64,000 nt of DNA from Octopus vulgaris (Eukaryota). The stretch is from positions 10,540,001-10,604,000 of the forward strand of contig OX597835.1 of assembly GCA_951406725.2 (NCBI GenBank), given 5' to 3'. The notes beneath the pieces are model-generated. The model was not told where the DNA came from. It did no database searches and was given only the letters and a program-made list of their open reading frames with translations. The position numbers and the translations under genes were made by a program. Each line of letters begins with the position of its first letter. Position 1 is the first letter of the stretch. This document shows positions 1 to 13,200 of this stretch, piece by piece.

Positions 1-2312
1 AATTTTCAACGAAAATTATCCCCAAAAATTTTTGGTGAATATTATCACCGAAAATTTTACCCAAAAATTTTTCGGAAATTTTCACCAAAAATTTTTTGAA
101 AATTTTACCAAAATATCTTTCGAAAATTTTCACCGAAAATTTTCCCCAAAAATTTTTCGGAAATTTTCTCCAAAAATTTTCACCGAAAATTTTCCTCAAA
201 AACTTTTCGAAAATTTTCATCGAAAATTTTCCCCAAAATTTTTTCGGAAATTTTCAACAAAAATTTTACCAAAAATCTTTCGAAAATTTTCACCGAAAAT
301 TTTCACCGAAAATTTTCCCCAAAATTTTTCAGAAATTTTCACCAGTGTATGGGAGAAATCACCTGGTTTTCTTCCAATTTTACATTGAGATCAAATACTG
401 CTGAGGCAGACTTTGCCTTTCATCCTTGTGGGGTTGATAAAACAAGTACCAGTCAAAGACTGGGGTTGATATAACTAACTTACCCCTTCCCCTGAAATTG
501 CTGGCCTTGTGAAAATTTTTTGTGTAAAATCACAAAGTATGGAAGGCCAGTGGTGCCAAAATCACAAAGTATGGAAAGCGGTGCAAAATCACAAAGTATG
601 GAAGGCCAGTGGTGCCAAAATCACAAAGTATGGAAGGCCAGCGTGCAAAATCACAAAGTATGGAAGGCCAGTGGTGCCAAAATCACAAAGTATGGAAGGC
701 CAGTGGTGCCAAAATCACGGTGCAAAATCACAAAGTATGGAAGGCCAGTGGTGCCAAAATCACAAAGTATGGAAGGCCAGCGGTGCAAAATCACAAAGTA
801 TGGAAGGCCAGTGGTGCAAAATCAAAAAGTATGGAAGGCCAGCGGTGCCAAAATCACAAAGTATGGAAGGTCAGCGGTGCCAAAATCACAAAGTTTTGAA
901 AGCCAGCGGTGCCCAAATCACAAAGTATAGCAATTTTGGTGTAAAATTTTCTGAAAATTTTCGAAAATTTTCACCGAAAATTTTCGAAAATTTATCGAAA
1001 ATTTTCACCGAAAATTTTACCGAAAATTTTCCTCAAAAATTTTTTGAAAATTTTCATCGAAAATTTTACCCAAAAATTTTTCGGAAATTTTCCCCAAAAA
1101 TTTTTCGGAAATTTTCATCAAAAATTTTCATCGAAAATTTTCTAAAATTTACCAAAAATTTTACCAATTTTCGAAAATTTTCACCGAAAATTTTCATTGA
1201 AAATTTTACCCAAAAATTTTTCGGAAATTTTCACCAAAAATTTATTGAAAATTTCCATACTTTGTGATTTGGGTACCGCTGGCCTTCCATACTTTGTGAT
1301 TTTACGCAAAAATTTTTCGAAAATTTTCACTGAAAATTTTCCCAAAAATTTTTCGAAAACTTTACCCAAAAATTTTTCGGAAATTTTCCCCAAAAATTTT
1401 TAGAAAATTTTCACGGAAAATTTTACCAAAAAATCTTTCGAAAATTTTCATCGAAAATTTTACCAAAAAATCTTTCGAAAATTTTCACCGAAAATTTTCC
1501 CCAAAAATTTTTCGGAAATTTTCACCAAAAATTTTTCGAAAAATTTCACCTAAAATTTTACCAAAAAATTTTTCGAAAATTTTCACCGAAAATTTTCCTC
1601 AAAAATTTTTCGAAAATTTTCACCGAAAATTTTCATCGAAAATTTTCCTCAAAAATTTTTCGAAAATTTTCACCGAAAATTTTCCCCAAAAATTTATCGA
1701 AAATTTTCACCGAAAATTTTACCAAAAATTTTTCGAAAATTTTCATCGAAAATTTTATCCAAAAATTTTTCGGAAATTTTCACCAAAAATTTTTTGAAAA
1801 TTTTCATCGAAAATTTTCCCCCAAAATTTTTCAGAAATTTTCACCAGTGTATGGGAGAAATCACCTGGTTTTCTTCCAATTTTACATTGAGATCAAATAC
1901 TGCTGAGGCAGACTTTGCCTTTCATCCTTGTGGGGTTGATAAAACAAGTACCAGTCAAAGACTGGGGTTGATATAACTAACTTACCCCTTCCCCTGAAAT
2001 TGCTGGCCTTGTGAAAAAATTTTTTGTGTAAAATCACAAAGTATGGAAGGCCAGTGGTGCCAAAATCACAAAGTATGGAAGGCCAGCGGTGCAAAATCAC
2101 AAAGTATGGAAGGCCAGCGGTGCCAAAATCACAAAGTATGGAAGGCCAGCGGTGCAAAATCACAAAGTATGGAAGGCCAGCGGTGCCAAAATCACAAAGT
2201 ATGGAAGGTCAGCGGTGCCAAAATCACAAAGTTTTGAAAGCCAGCGGTGCCCAAATCACAAAGTATAGCAATTTTGGTGTAAAATTTTCTGAAAATTTTC
2301 ACCAAAATTTTA
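1..2312. repeat. Compound low-complexity array: GAAAATTTTC-type A/T tracts, ~30-bp minisatellite and SINE fragment, duplicated at ~1.5-kb period
   Basis: accagtgtatgggagaaatc at 341 and 1843; ggtgccaaaatcacaaagtatggaaggccagc arrays at ~525-930 and ~2027-2270. Confidence 0.9.
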
Positions 2313-2885
2313 AAACTTTATTATCATTATTATTATTTAATTTTTATATTTTTATTATTATTATTATTATTTAATTTTTTTATAATTATTATCATTATCA
2401 TTATTTAATTTTTGTATAATAATCATAATTTTTATTATTTAATTTTTATATATTACTATTATTATTATTTAATTTTCATATTACCATTATTATTATTATT
2501 ATTTAATTTTTATATTTTTATTATTATTATTATTATTAATATTTAATTTTATATAATTATTCTAATTTATTTTTTATATAATTGTTATTATTATTTAATT
2601 TCTGTATTGTTATTATTAATTTTTTAACTTAATTATTATTATTATTTAATTTTGGCATTATTATTATTATTATTATTAATTTTATTATCATCATTATTGT
2701 TATTGATTTTATTATTATTTTGTACCTCTTTTCCTCTTGTGTATTGCCTTTAATATAAGCTTTAAGACTTCTGTCAGAAAAAAAAGGACTCAATACCTGT
2801 AAAATATGCTTTCGATGTTTGTAATGTTTGCTTTATTTTGTTGTATTCTATGCTTTGACTATATATATACATATATATCTATATA

Positions 2886-2933
<48 letters not shown>

Positions 2934-3238
2934 TATGATTATGTATATATATATATTTATTATATATATATATATATATATTCATATATATGATTATATA
3001 TATACATACATATACATATATATAATTATATATAATTATGTATTTATTTATGTATATATATATATACACACACACACGCACACATATATATGCACACATA
3101 CACACATGCACGCACACACACACACATAATGTTGATGCTGCTGATGTTGGTAGTCGTTACACTGCTAACGAAGCCAGAGAATCATTTGTTTGACAATGCT
3201 GATATATGGTCAATCGTTTGTTCAGTCTTTTCTGACAG

Positions 3239-3282
3239 ATTTATATAATATCGTTCAACCGGAACGGGAATCTGGTTTTCAG
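3239..3282 (+). CDS. Candidate small upstream exon ((D)LYNIVQPERESGFQ)
   Basis: tcttttctgacag acceptor and strong CAG|gtaagt donor in unique sequence; one frame ends in phase 0, compatible with 17352. No recognisable homology. Confidence 0.35.
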
Positions 3283-3639
3283 GTAAGTTTGTGACCTTGA
3301 GCTCTGAATGGGAAATCACTCACCCTTGAAGTTTGTTTTCTTTTACAATGAATTTCAGAAGCTTTTCAGATAATATACAATAGTATATAAACATATGTGA
3401 ATATACATACACATACATACATACATACATACATACACACATACATACATACGTATAGCAAGAAGGAGATAGTCAGGATTTAAATGAAAACTATTTATTC
3501 CGCACTTTCACTCCTTTGAGGGACTCATTAAAATTCTGACTGCCTCTTTTTGTTTTAATATATAAAATATGTAAACCCCTTCAACAATCACACACACATG
3601 TATATATTTATGTATATATAAATATATACACTCACACAC

Positions 3640-3695
<56 letters not shown>

Positions 3696-3837
3696 GCACA
3701 TATATATATATATATATATATACATATATACATATATGTATATACATATATACATATATGTATATACATATATATATATATAGATGTATATATATATGTA
3801 TATACATATATATATATGTATATACATATATATATGC

Positions 3838-3908
<71 letters not shown>

Positions 3909-3910
3909 CA

Positions 3911-3944
<34 letters not shown>

Positions 3945-3946
3945 CA

Positions 3947-3977
<31 letters not shown>

Positions 3978-3990
3978 TATATATATATAT

Positions 3991-4041
<51 letters not shown>

Positions 4042-4307
4042 CACACACACATGTGCATGTGTGTATATGTGCATATGTTTGTATATTTATCTTAAAGCTT
4101 TTGAAGTAGAATTTGAAGTGATAAGGAATGTTCTAACCAGTTTTTAGTTTTCTGCAGTAATTTCAAGAAAAGCTTATAAACTCTTCAAAAAAAAAAAAAT
4201 CTCACAATTTATAAAGTACCATAGTACCACAGAAAACTGAATGGCAAATAGACAGAATGTCTGGTCTCTTGTTTAGATGCTTTCATTAGATTTTAACCAT
4301 TTAGCAT

Positions 4308-4790
4308 TTAACCCTTTTGTTACTGTATTTCTGTTGAGATGCTCTTATTTCTTTCAATTAATTTTAAATATAACAAAGAATTTAGTAAAATAACTTAGTT
4401 ATCATTAAGCTAGTGTTAGGAACATAAATTGGGACTAAAATTTGGTGGAAGATTTTAATTAAGAACTTTTGAAAACAAGACATTTGTACTTCAGAGCCAG
4501 AGATGGTTTCAGCCAGGTTGGTATCAAAAGGGTTAAGAATTGTTTCTCTATTATATATTTTAACCCTTTTGTTACCATATTTCTGTTGAGATGCTCTGCG
4601 TTTCTTTCAATTAATTTTGAATATAACAAAGAATTTAGTAAAATAACTTAGTTACCATTCAGCTAGTATTAGGATCATAAATTGTGACTAAGGCTTGATG
4701 GAAGATTTTAATTCAAAACTTTTGAAAACAAGACATTTGTACTACAGAGCCAGAGGCATTTTCAGCCGGGTTGGCATCAAAAGGGTTTAA
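4308..4790. mobile_element. Tandem dimer of ~225-bp TTAA/CCC...GGG MITE (family B, piggyBac-like termini)
   Basis: ttaaccctttt...aaaagggttaa termini; same dimer near 30047 and multimer near 45625. Confidence 0.75.
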
Positions 4791-4943
4791 CTGACCATAT
4801 CCAGTTCCAATAGTCTCCCTGTTTAATGTTCAAAGTGGATGGCTCTGACTTCTCACACTTACCCTACAATGTCAGTCTCAAAATAAGCAACATTATCATT
4901 GAACCCATCAAGGCTCTGAAATAATGCATGATTAATTCAAAAC

Positions 4944-5480
4944 ACCACGCTGGTGAGACCCATATTGGAGTATGGGATTCAAGCCTCTTCTCCTTATCTC
5001 CTCAAAGACATACAGCATCTCGAAAGAGTCCAGAAGCTGGCTACCCGCATGGTTCATGGTCTCAAAAATTTGTCCTACGAAGAAAGGCTGAGGACGCTCG
5101 ACCTTTATTCTCTTGAAAAACGCCGCCGCTGTAGTGATCTCATTCTCGCCCACAACATCATAAGCGGAAAGTGTAACCTCTCGAAAGAGCTGTTCTTCAC
5201 TCCTGCTCCAGAGCGTCGGCTGCGGGGTCATTCTGAAAAGCTCTACCTGCAACGATTTCATCTCAATCGAAGGAGAGGAGCTTTCTCCGTCCGGGTTGCG
5301 GATCCGTGGAACAAGCTGCCAGACGAGATGGTAAAGATGCCGACGACCGCTTTGTTCAAAGCCTCCCTGGACCTCAAGTGGCCTGAACTCTTTACATGAA
5401 CACCACCCTGTACTTAACTCCATGTCCCCCCCTACATGGCCTTGCTATTTGCTTTTGAGCCAAATTAACTAACTAACTAA
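4944..5480 (+). mobile_element. 5'-truncated CR1-clade LINE (ORF2 C-terminus, 3' UTR, (aact)n tail)
   Basis: LVRPILEY...LERVQKLATRMV.GL..LSYEERL..L.LYSLE.RR...FSVRV...WNKLP; shorter copies at ~13296-13452 and ~53474-53722. Confidence 0.9.
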
Positions 5481-7535
5481 CCATGAATAAATAAGGAATC
5501 TGAATGCTAAATGGTTAAACTAGGGTCTCTGACAACCCCTCCCCCACAACAAAATGTTTTTATTTTGTTCTTTAGAAATGGCACAGAATACACGGACAAG
5601 TAGTTTTTAGTACGAGGACACTTTTTTTTTCTTAGAAAGTTAATTTCCTTTTTTATTTTTTTGCATATATTTATTGCTTTTGTTCGTTAGTCTATTTTGT
5701 ATTTCTAGTCATGTGATATTTCTGACCGTTACTGATGGCACCGCAGTGTCAAACAGGTTTATCATTATCATGGTTTATCATCAAATCCATTCTGAGTGGA
5801 GGTGGTGGTGGTGGTAGTAGGAGAGGTAACACAGGTGTTGTTAGTAGTAGTAGTAGTGGTGATAGTGGTGGTCGTTGTAGTAGTTGTAGCAGCGGGTGAT
5901 GGTGGTGGTGGTGGTGGTGGAAGCATACAAGAGTCATTCTTTTAATACTTTTCTCATGTACCACCACCCCACCCCACTGCACCCCAGAAGAATCCAAATG
6001 ATGGGTTAACACCAACATCTTTTCAATTGTTCTTCTATGTTGCTGCTACTTTAAAGAGGTGAATTATTCCACCCTATGTTACCTGCTAGTGACTAAATGG
6101 ACTGCTCCATAAATACAGTATAGCACTGCTAACAGAGTACGGAATGTTCCATAATCCAAAAGATAATCCCTCTTTATCTTGAGAAGGTCCACTCGGCAGA
6201 TTGGCATTAATTCTCTAATAGTCATGCTTCAGTCACTGACTCACAAGAGTGCCGTCCCATCTCTTTGTCTTTTCTACCGGGCCCTGATGCAGCCCTGCAG
6301 TTTGTTGGACCCTGCTGAACTATCTGCCAACATGGAATTCAATATAAAAAGGATCTAAAGCTGTGAGCTGGCAGAATTGTTCGCACACTGGACAAAATGT
6401 TTAGCACCATTCCTTCTGATTTTGTGTCCTGAGTTCAAATGTTGCTTAGGCTGATTTTATTTTCATCTTTTTGGAGTTGATAAAATAAGTACCAGTTATA
6501 TTCTGTGGTTGATGTAATCGATTTACCCTTTCTCCTGAAATTGCTGGCCTTGTGTCACAATTTGAAACAGATACAAACAGGATTTAACACTGATCTACTT
6601 TAAGTTTCATGTTTGAGATCACACTACAACCAAGTGAGCTTGCACTGTGTGTTGTGTATTTGAGCCTGAAACTACAGGCTCAACTGAAAGATTACCCTGT
6701 TGTACACGGCACACTGTATAAGCTCACTCAACTATAGAACTGACATAGGCTCAATTTTAAATCCTGCATTTATTGGTTTCAAATCACAGCGCAAGGCCAG
6801 TCGTTTCGGGGAAAGAATTAAGTCACTTACACCAACCCCATTGCTCAACTGGTACTTATTTTATCAACCCCTAAAAGGATGAAAGGCAAAGTCAACCCTG
6901 ACAGCATTTGAACTCAGAATGTAAAGACAGAAGAAATGCTGCTAAACATTTCACTCAGCGTGCTAATGATTCTGCCATCTCGTTACCTTAAATCCTGCAT
7001 ATATCAAATGATAGGTGTGTTATATGAGAGACATTATTCAAAGGAATCCTTACAGTTTTCTGTGTTACTATTCAAAGAATTTAAAATTCTAATTTGGCAT
7101 AAAATTTCCGTGATTTCCATTCATTGGTAGAATGCACCACACTCCTCTCTTAGTTCTTCACTTTTGATAATTTTGATCTGTTTTCATGAAACCATTTTCT
7201 CAAGTCTTGGCACCAAACATTTCACAATTTATTTAATTGGCATCTTTTGATAATAAATTGCATGCAATTGAAATAATCTCTGGATGGTTTTGAAGAAATT
7301 TCAACTCTACTGCTTGTTTCTTGTAACTAATTCAGGGTCTTGAGGTTATGGGATTATGGCACCTACAAAAGGGTTCTAAGTGTGTGCGTGTGTGTGTGTG
7401 TGTGTATTCAGGTAAGATTTCTTCTACCTTCTCCTTTGCTCTTCTCTCTCCCTGCTTACCTCTGTAACTATCTACCTATCTATTTGTTCATCTGTCTGTC
7501 TATCTACCTATCTGCCTACCTACCTACCTACCTAC

Positions 7536-7586
<51 letters not shown>

Positions 7587-7710
7587 CCTACTTACCTACC
7601 TACCTACCTACCTACCTACCTATCTATCTATCTATCTATCTGTCTGTCTACCTATCTGTCTGTCTGTCTACCTATCTGTCTTTCTGTCTACCTATCTACC
7701 TATCTACCTA

Positions 7711-7765
<55 letters not shown>

Positions 7766-8939
7766 GTCTATCCATTGATCTCTCTCTCTCTCTCTCTATT
7801 GCTCTATCTATCTATCAATCTATTTATCTATTGAACTCCCTCCCTCCTTCCCTCCCTCTGTGTGTGTGCCTGTCTGTCTGTCTCTTCCTCTCTCTCTCTT
7901 TCTCTCTAGTTATCTCTTTTTGTTTATCTTTGTATCTAGCTTTCTCTGTCTACCATTTCTGCCTGTCTGCTCCCTCGCTTTCTCTCCCTCTCTCTTATGC
8001 TATGTATCTTTCTGTCTATCTTTACCATTCTGTCTGTCTCTCTGTCCATTCCACCATTCAGTCTCAACTCTTTTTTCTCAATTATATTTCATTGTTGTTG
8101 TATTTCTGGAATATAATATAATATACACCTTTACACACTGTGTGTGAGTGCCTCTGTGTGTGTGTGAGTGTATGTATGTATTCATGCATGCATGTACGTA
8201 TGTATGTATGCATGCATGTATGTATGTATGTATGTATGTATATGTATGTATGTGAGTATATATATATATATATATATATGTATATCTGTGGTGTGTTTAC
8301 ACATAACTGTTTGTACTGTGTGTGTGTGTGTTCACACAACATATGTTTCTGTGTGTATGTCATTATGTGTGTGTTTGTGTATGTATATATATGTACATAT
8401 ATCTGTAGTTGACCATTGTGTGTATCTGTGTGTATATATATATATATACACACACATATGTACACACATAATATATCTATATGTATATCAATGTGTATAC
8501 ATATTTGTATGTGTACATGACGGTGTATGCATGTACACATGTACACACATATCTGTGAGTGTGTGTATGTGTATCTGTGTGTGTGTGTGTGTGTATCTGT
8601 GTGTGTGTTGTGTGTGTATGAATTTTGTAAATCATTTATTACAGGAGTCATTAACATACAACATCTTTTCACAGAAGTGAGGTTCATGAGACAAGAGAGG
8701 TAAGAGGGTCTGTTTGATATGGGGGAGGGGTGTCACTTTTGGGGTTTGCTGATGGAAAGTAATGGAAGGGGTATGGTCGTGCCTTGTTAGTTTGAAACAG
8801 CTGGGGGTACTTTCACACCGGGTGGGTAGTTGAGGGTACTGGTGAGTTAGGTGAAGTAGAAATGTATGGCTTTGGAGGAGATATTTATGGTGTGTATAGT
8901 TTCTTGGTGGATATAAACTGGGCAACAGTGTATACATAC

Positions 8940-8986
<47 letters not shown>

Positions 8987-9461
8987 TATTATATATATAT
9001 ATAAAATGTAGTTATAATTTATATGTATAATTATATAAATTATATAATTATATATAATTGAAATTATATATATATATATAAAAATTATAATTATATATAT
9101 ATATAATTATAGGCACAGGAGTGGCTGTGTGGTTAGTAGCTTGCTTACCAACTACATGGTTCTGGGTTCAGTCCCACTGCGTAGCTCCTTGGGAAAGTGT
9201 CTTCTGCTATAGCCCCGGGCCGCCCAAAGCCTTGTGAATGGATTTGGTAGACGGAAACTAAAAGAAGTCATTTGACTGTGGCCATGCTGAGCACCACCTT
9301 TAGTTGAGCAAATTGTTGAATTTGAGAGGCAAATATATGAATGAGAGGCAAAGTTGACCTCGGTGGAATTTGAACTCAGAACATAAAGATGGCCGAAATA
9401 CTGCTAAGCATTTTGCCTGGTGTGCTAACAATTCTGCCAGCTCACTTCCTTAATAATAATA

Positions 9462-9870
9462 GGATGAACGTACACAGGCTCTACATGAAGAGATGTAAAG
9501 GTGGACGTGGGCTGGTTAGCATACGGGAGTGCATCAACAGTGAAAGAAGAAACATGGCAGAATATTTGGTAAACAGCAAACAAGACCTGCTGCAGTATGC
9601 TGCAAATGCAGAAAGATTTACAAAAAATGGGTTTGAGAGTGCTAATGAATTCCGATGAAGAACAGCCAATGAGAGAGAAGAAGCTCTATTCCGTATGGAA
9701 TTACATGGTCAGTTCCACCATGGAACTAACAAATCAAAAGACCAGGAAGCATCATGGAGGTGGCTCAGCAAGGGTGACCTTAAAAAGAAGACTGAAAATC
9801 TAATCATCCCTGCCTAGGATCAGGCATTAAATACCAACTCAGTGAAAAGGGATATGTATCACACAAGTGT
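9462..9870 (+). mobile_element. Degenerate R4/Dong-like non-LTR retrotransposon fragment
   Basis: RLYMKR..GGRGL, then frameshifted LHGQF and SWRWL.KGDLK..TE.LI...DQALNT; starts in (taa)n. Confidence 0.7.
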
Positions 9871-10341
9871 AAAAGCATGGTAACGAGTCTTCCAGCTCAC
9901 CACGTTAATAATAATAATAATAATAGTCTCAAGCTTTGGCCCAAGGCCAGCAATTTTGGGGCAGGAGATGAGTGGAATACATCGACCCCAGTACTCAACT
10001 GGTGCTTAATTTATCGACCCTGAAAGGGTGAAAGACAAAGTCAACCTCAGCAGGATTTGAACTCAGAGCATAGCAGCAGATGAAATACCTATTTCTTTAC
10101 TACCCGCAAGGGGCTAAACACAGAGAGGACAAACAAGGACAGACAAATTGATTAAGTCAATTATATCGACCCCAGTGTGTAACTGGTACTTATTTAATCG
10201 ACCCTGAAAGGATGAATGAAAGGCAAAGTCGACCTCGGCGGAATTTGAACTCAGAACATAACGGCAGATGAAATACTGCTAAGCATTTTACCCAGCACGC
10301 TAATGATTCTACCAGCTTGCCACTTTATAATAATAATAATG

Positions 10342-10395
<54 letters not shown>

Positions 10396-10890
10396 GTTTC
10401 TTTGCCCTAGGAGTCGGGAAGACACTCGGCAAGAAATGGAAGCAAATTTGAAAGAATAAAAAAAAAAAAAAATAATAATAATAATAATAATAATAATTAA
10501 TAACAACTTAATGAGTTCTAAGTGGAAGTGTATCTTCAAAGTGGAGTTATTGGTACATCTTTAATGTTTGTTTGGCAAAAAAATGGAAAATAAAGAAATA
10601 ATGGAAATAAGACGGGGGTGAAAATCTCTTAGCAACAATAACAAGAAGAAGAAGAAGAAGAAGAGCAACAATATGTTTATTAGTTTGAATTTCCTTTAAT
10701 TGTGTTTAATTAAGCATTAAGCATGACACGAAAACAATTTAAAAAAAAGTAATATAACATCTACCACGTTCAAATATGCATGCAAAGACACACAGACATA
10801 CAATGTCTATATAATTATGTGTGATTGTGTATTATATGCATATATATATATATATGTGTGTGTGTGTGTATGTGTAAGTATATATATATT

Positions 10891-10937
<47 letters not shown>

Positions 10938-11142
10938 GTGTATATTGATGTATGTTTTATATATACACGTGTATTTATAAATATGTATAAATATATATAT
11001 TTATGTATATATAATGATATGTATTATATGCATTTATATGTGTGCATATATATTAAGTGATCATGTGTGTATACACACTCACACACACACATATACATAT
11101 ACATATATATATAAATGAATGCATGTGTGTGTCTTTATATAA

Positions 11143-11177
<35 letters not shown>

Positions 11178-11984
11178 AAGATTTGGAACTTTCCTGTCTG
11201 TTTACATTTTATTTCAGTTAAAAAAAAAAAAAAATGAAAGAAAAATTTATTTTTCGCTCCAAAAATTTTAATACAAATTAATTAATTCCTGCAATTTTAC
11301 CAAAGTGGGAAGTGGTGGTGGGTGGGAAATATAATAAAAGAAAATAATTAAAAATTAAGCAGAAAAAAATGCTCAAGGAATTTGTGTTTGTTTTTCTTTT
11401 TTTTATTTCTAAGTTTTCTTTGTGTTTGTTTGCTATTTTTGAGAAATATCTTCCTTCTGTGGCCACCCCACTTGATGTTACTTCCGAATTAAATTCGATT
11501 TGGTTCTTAATTAATCATGCAATTATTTATGTGTATTAAATAAGAAGGAAAGTAGAAGAGGTTGATGATACTTTGAGTATCACACAAAGTACTCTTATAC
11601 TCCGAGGTGCTCTGTACCATTTTTCTGTTGTGTCAGTTTCCTCTAAGATGTTTCTCTTACTTCAAGAGATTCTTTAAAATCTTCCATCTGCCATTCTTTT
11701 ACTTTTTTTACTTGTTTCAGTCATTTGACTGTGGCCATGCTGGAGCACCACCTTTATTATTATCATTATTCCTATCGCATTGACCCTTTGAAGGCCATCT
11801 TTGCTATTCATTTTTCAGAGTTGATAAAATAAAGTACCAGTCAAGTACTAGTGCCAATCTAGTAACTGATGTGCCCCTCCTCTCAAAATTATTGGCCTTA
11901 TGACAAGATTAGCAGAAATGATTATTATTATTATAGAATTATTATACTCTACTGAAGTTACTCTGGGATGTTGTCTTGGAGATT

Positions 11985-12185
11985 GGTGAGAAAGTCTCCT
12001 CAGTTTTCAAGAATCCTTCTTGTGATTCTTGCAGGATACAGGCTGGCACTTTTCTGCAGATCAACAATACGAGCCTCATTTCCCTGTGTTCTTCAGTCTC
12101 TTTGGCAGCAGTTTGGATGCTGTGCTAAGTCCACCAATTATCACTGGAATAATTGCCACATCAGTCTTCCAGTTTCTTCAACGTT
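11985..12185 (-). mobile_element. R4-like LINE extreme C-terminal remnant
   Basis: Minus strand IIPVIIGGL and, in a shifted frame, LQKSA...ARITRRILE, resembling the end of RLE-bearing ORFs. Confidence 0.45.
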
Positions 12186-12226
12186 TGGGCTAGTTCTTGA
12201 TAGTTCTCAGTCATCATCATCACTAG

Positions 12227-12278
<52 letters not shown>

Positions 12279-12849
12279 TTCTTCTTCTTCTTCTGTAGTA
12301 GCAGTTGTTTGGCAAAATTGTTAGTCTGTTGGAAAAAAAATATGAGTTCCAATTCTCCCCAAGTCAGTTTTGTCTTTCATTCTTCTTGGTGATAAGATAG
12401 ATTGTTTTTGGATATTGGCAGAAGGCATCTGTTCTACAATGGTGCTTGTTGTTGATTGAATTCTTCATAGGAATCAGCCCCTGTATACCAAAAACCTGGA
12501 CAGTCAAAGACTATCTCTTTAAAGAACAGTTGAAGGTGAGGTGAGAGGGATGGATCTTAAATGGTGAGGATTGATACAAATGGCATCGAATCATCAAATG
12601 TTTATTTCTGTTTCTTGGAAATCAAAAGAATAAATAAATAAATAAATAAATATAACAGAAAGAGTTGAGAAGCAAATCCTCTTCTGTTTTACTGACTTCT
12701 TACACCCTTGGGAAAGAATGAATGTTACCCAATTTTGGTTAAAAGTACTGATCTCTATAGAATATAAAAAAGCTTTTGGTAGAAGAGAGAATCTATGGTT
12801 TTGAACCGATTCTTAGTTGAACTGGTTCCCATTCAACTTTATCGAAATC

Positions 12850-13200
12850 GAATTGAACCAGCCAGGATCCCTGGTCTGGTGGTACGTAAAAAGCACTATC
12901 CGACTTGTGGCCGATGCCAGTGCCGCCTCGACTGGCTTCCGTGCCGGTGGCACATAAAATACACCAATCCGACCGTGGCCGTTGCCAGCCTCGCCTGGCA
13001 CCTGTGCAGGTGGCACATAAAAAGCACCCACTACACTCACGGAGTGGTTGGCGTTAGGAAGGGCATCCAGCTGTAGAAACATTGCCAGATAAGACTGGAG
13101 CCTGGTGCAGCCTTCTGGCTTCCCAGATCCCCGGTCGAACCGTCCAACCCATGCTAGCATGGAGAACGGACGTTAAACGATGATGATGATGATGATGATG
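12850..13200 (+). mobile_element. Interspersed repeat with internal ggtggcacrtaaaaagcacc repeats and (gat)n tail
   Basis: Related copies at ~17630-17925, ~23435-23830, ~51930-52250 (+); older copies ~24000-24130, ~26135-26285, ~27095-27240 (-). Confidence 0.8.

Larger units (their letters stand above)
4293..5518. mobile_element. TTAA-bounded MITE (family A) interrupted by nested insertions
   Basis: Ends ttaaccatttagcatt...aatgctaaatggttaa; uninterrupted copies in opposite orientation at ~48988-49212 and ~62328-62553. Confidence 0.7.

Noticed and set aside
525-930. CRISPR-like ~30-bp repeats
   Set aside because: Units are contiguous with no unique spacers, there are no cas genes, and the context is eukaryotic.
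32-2374. ORFs such as 509..1267 with repeated KITKYGRP/SQSMEGQ
   Set aside because: Translations of tandem repeats open in several frames on both strands; no splice or homology support.
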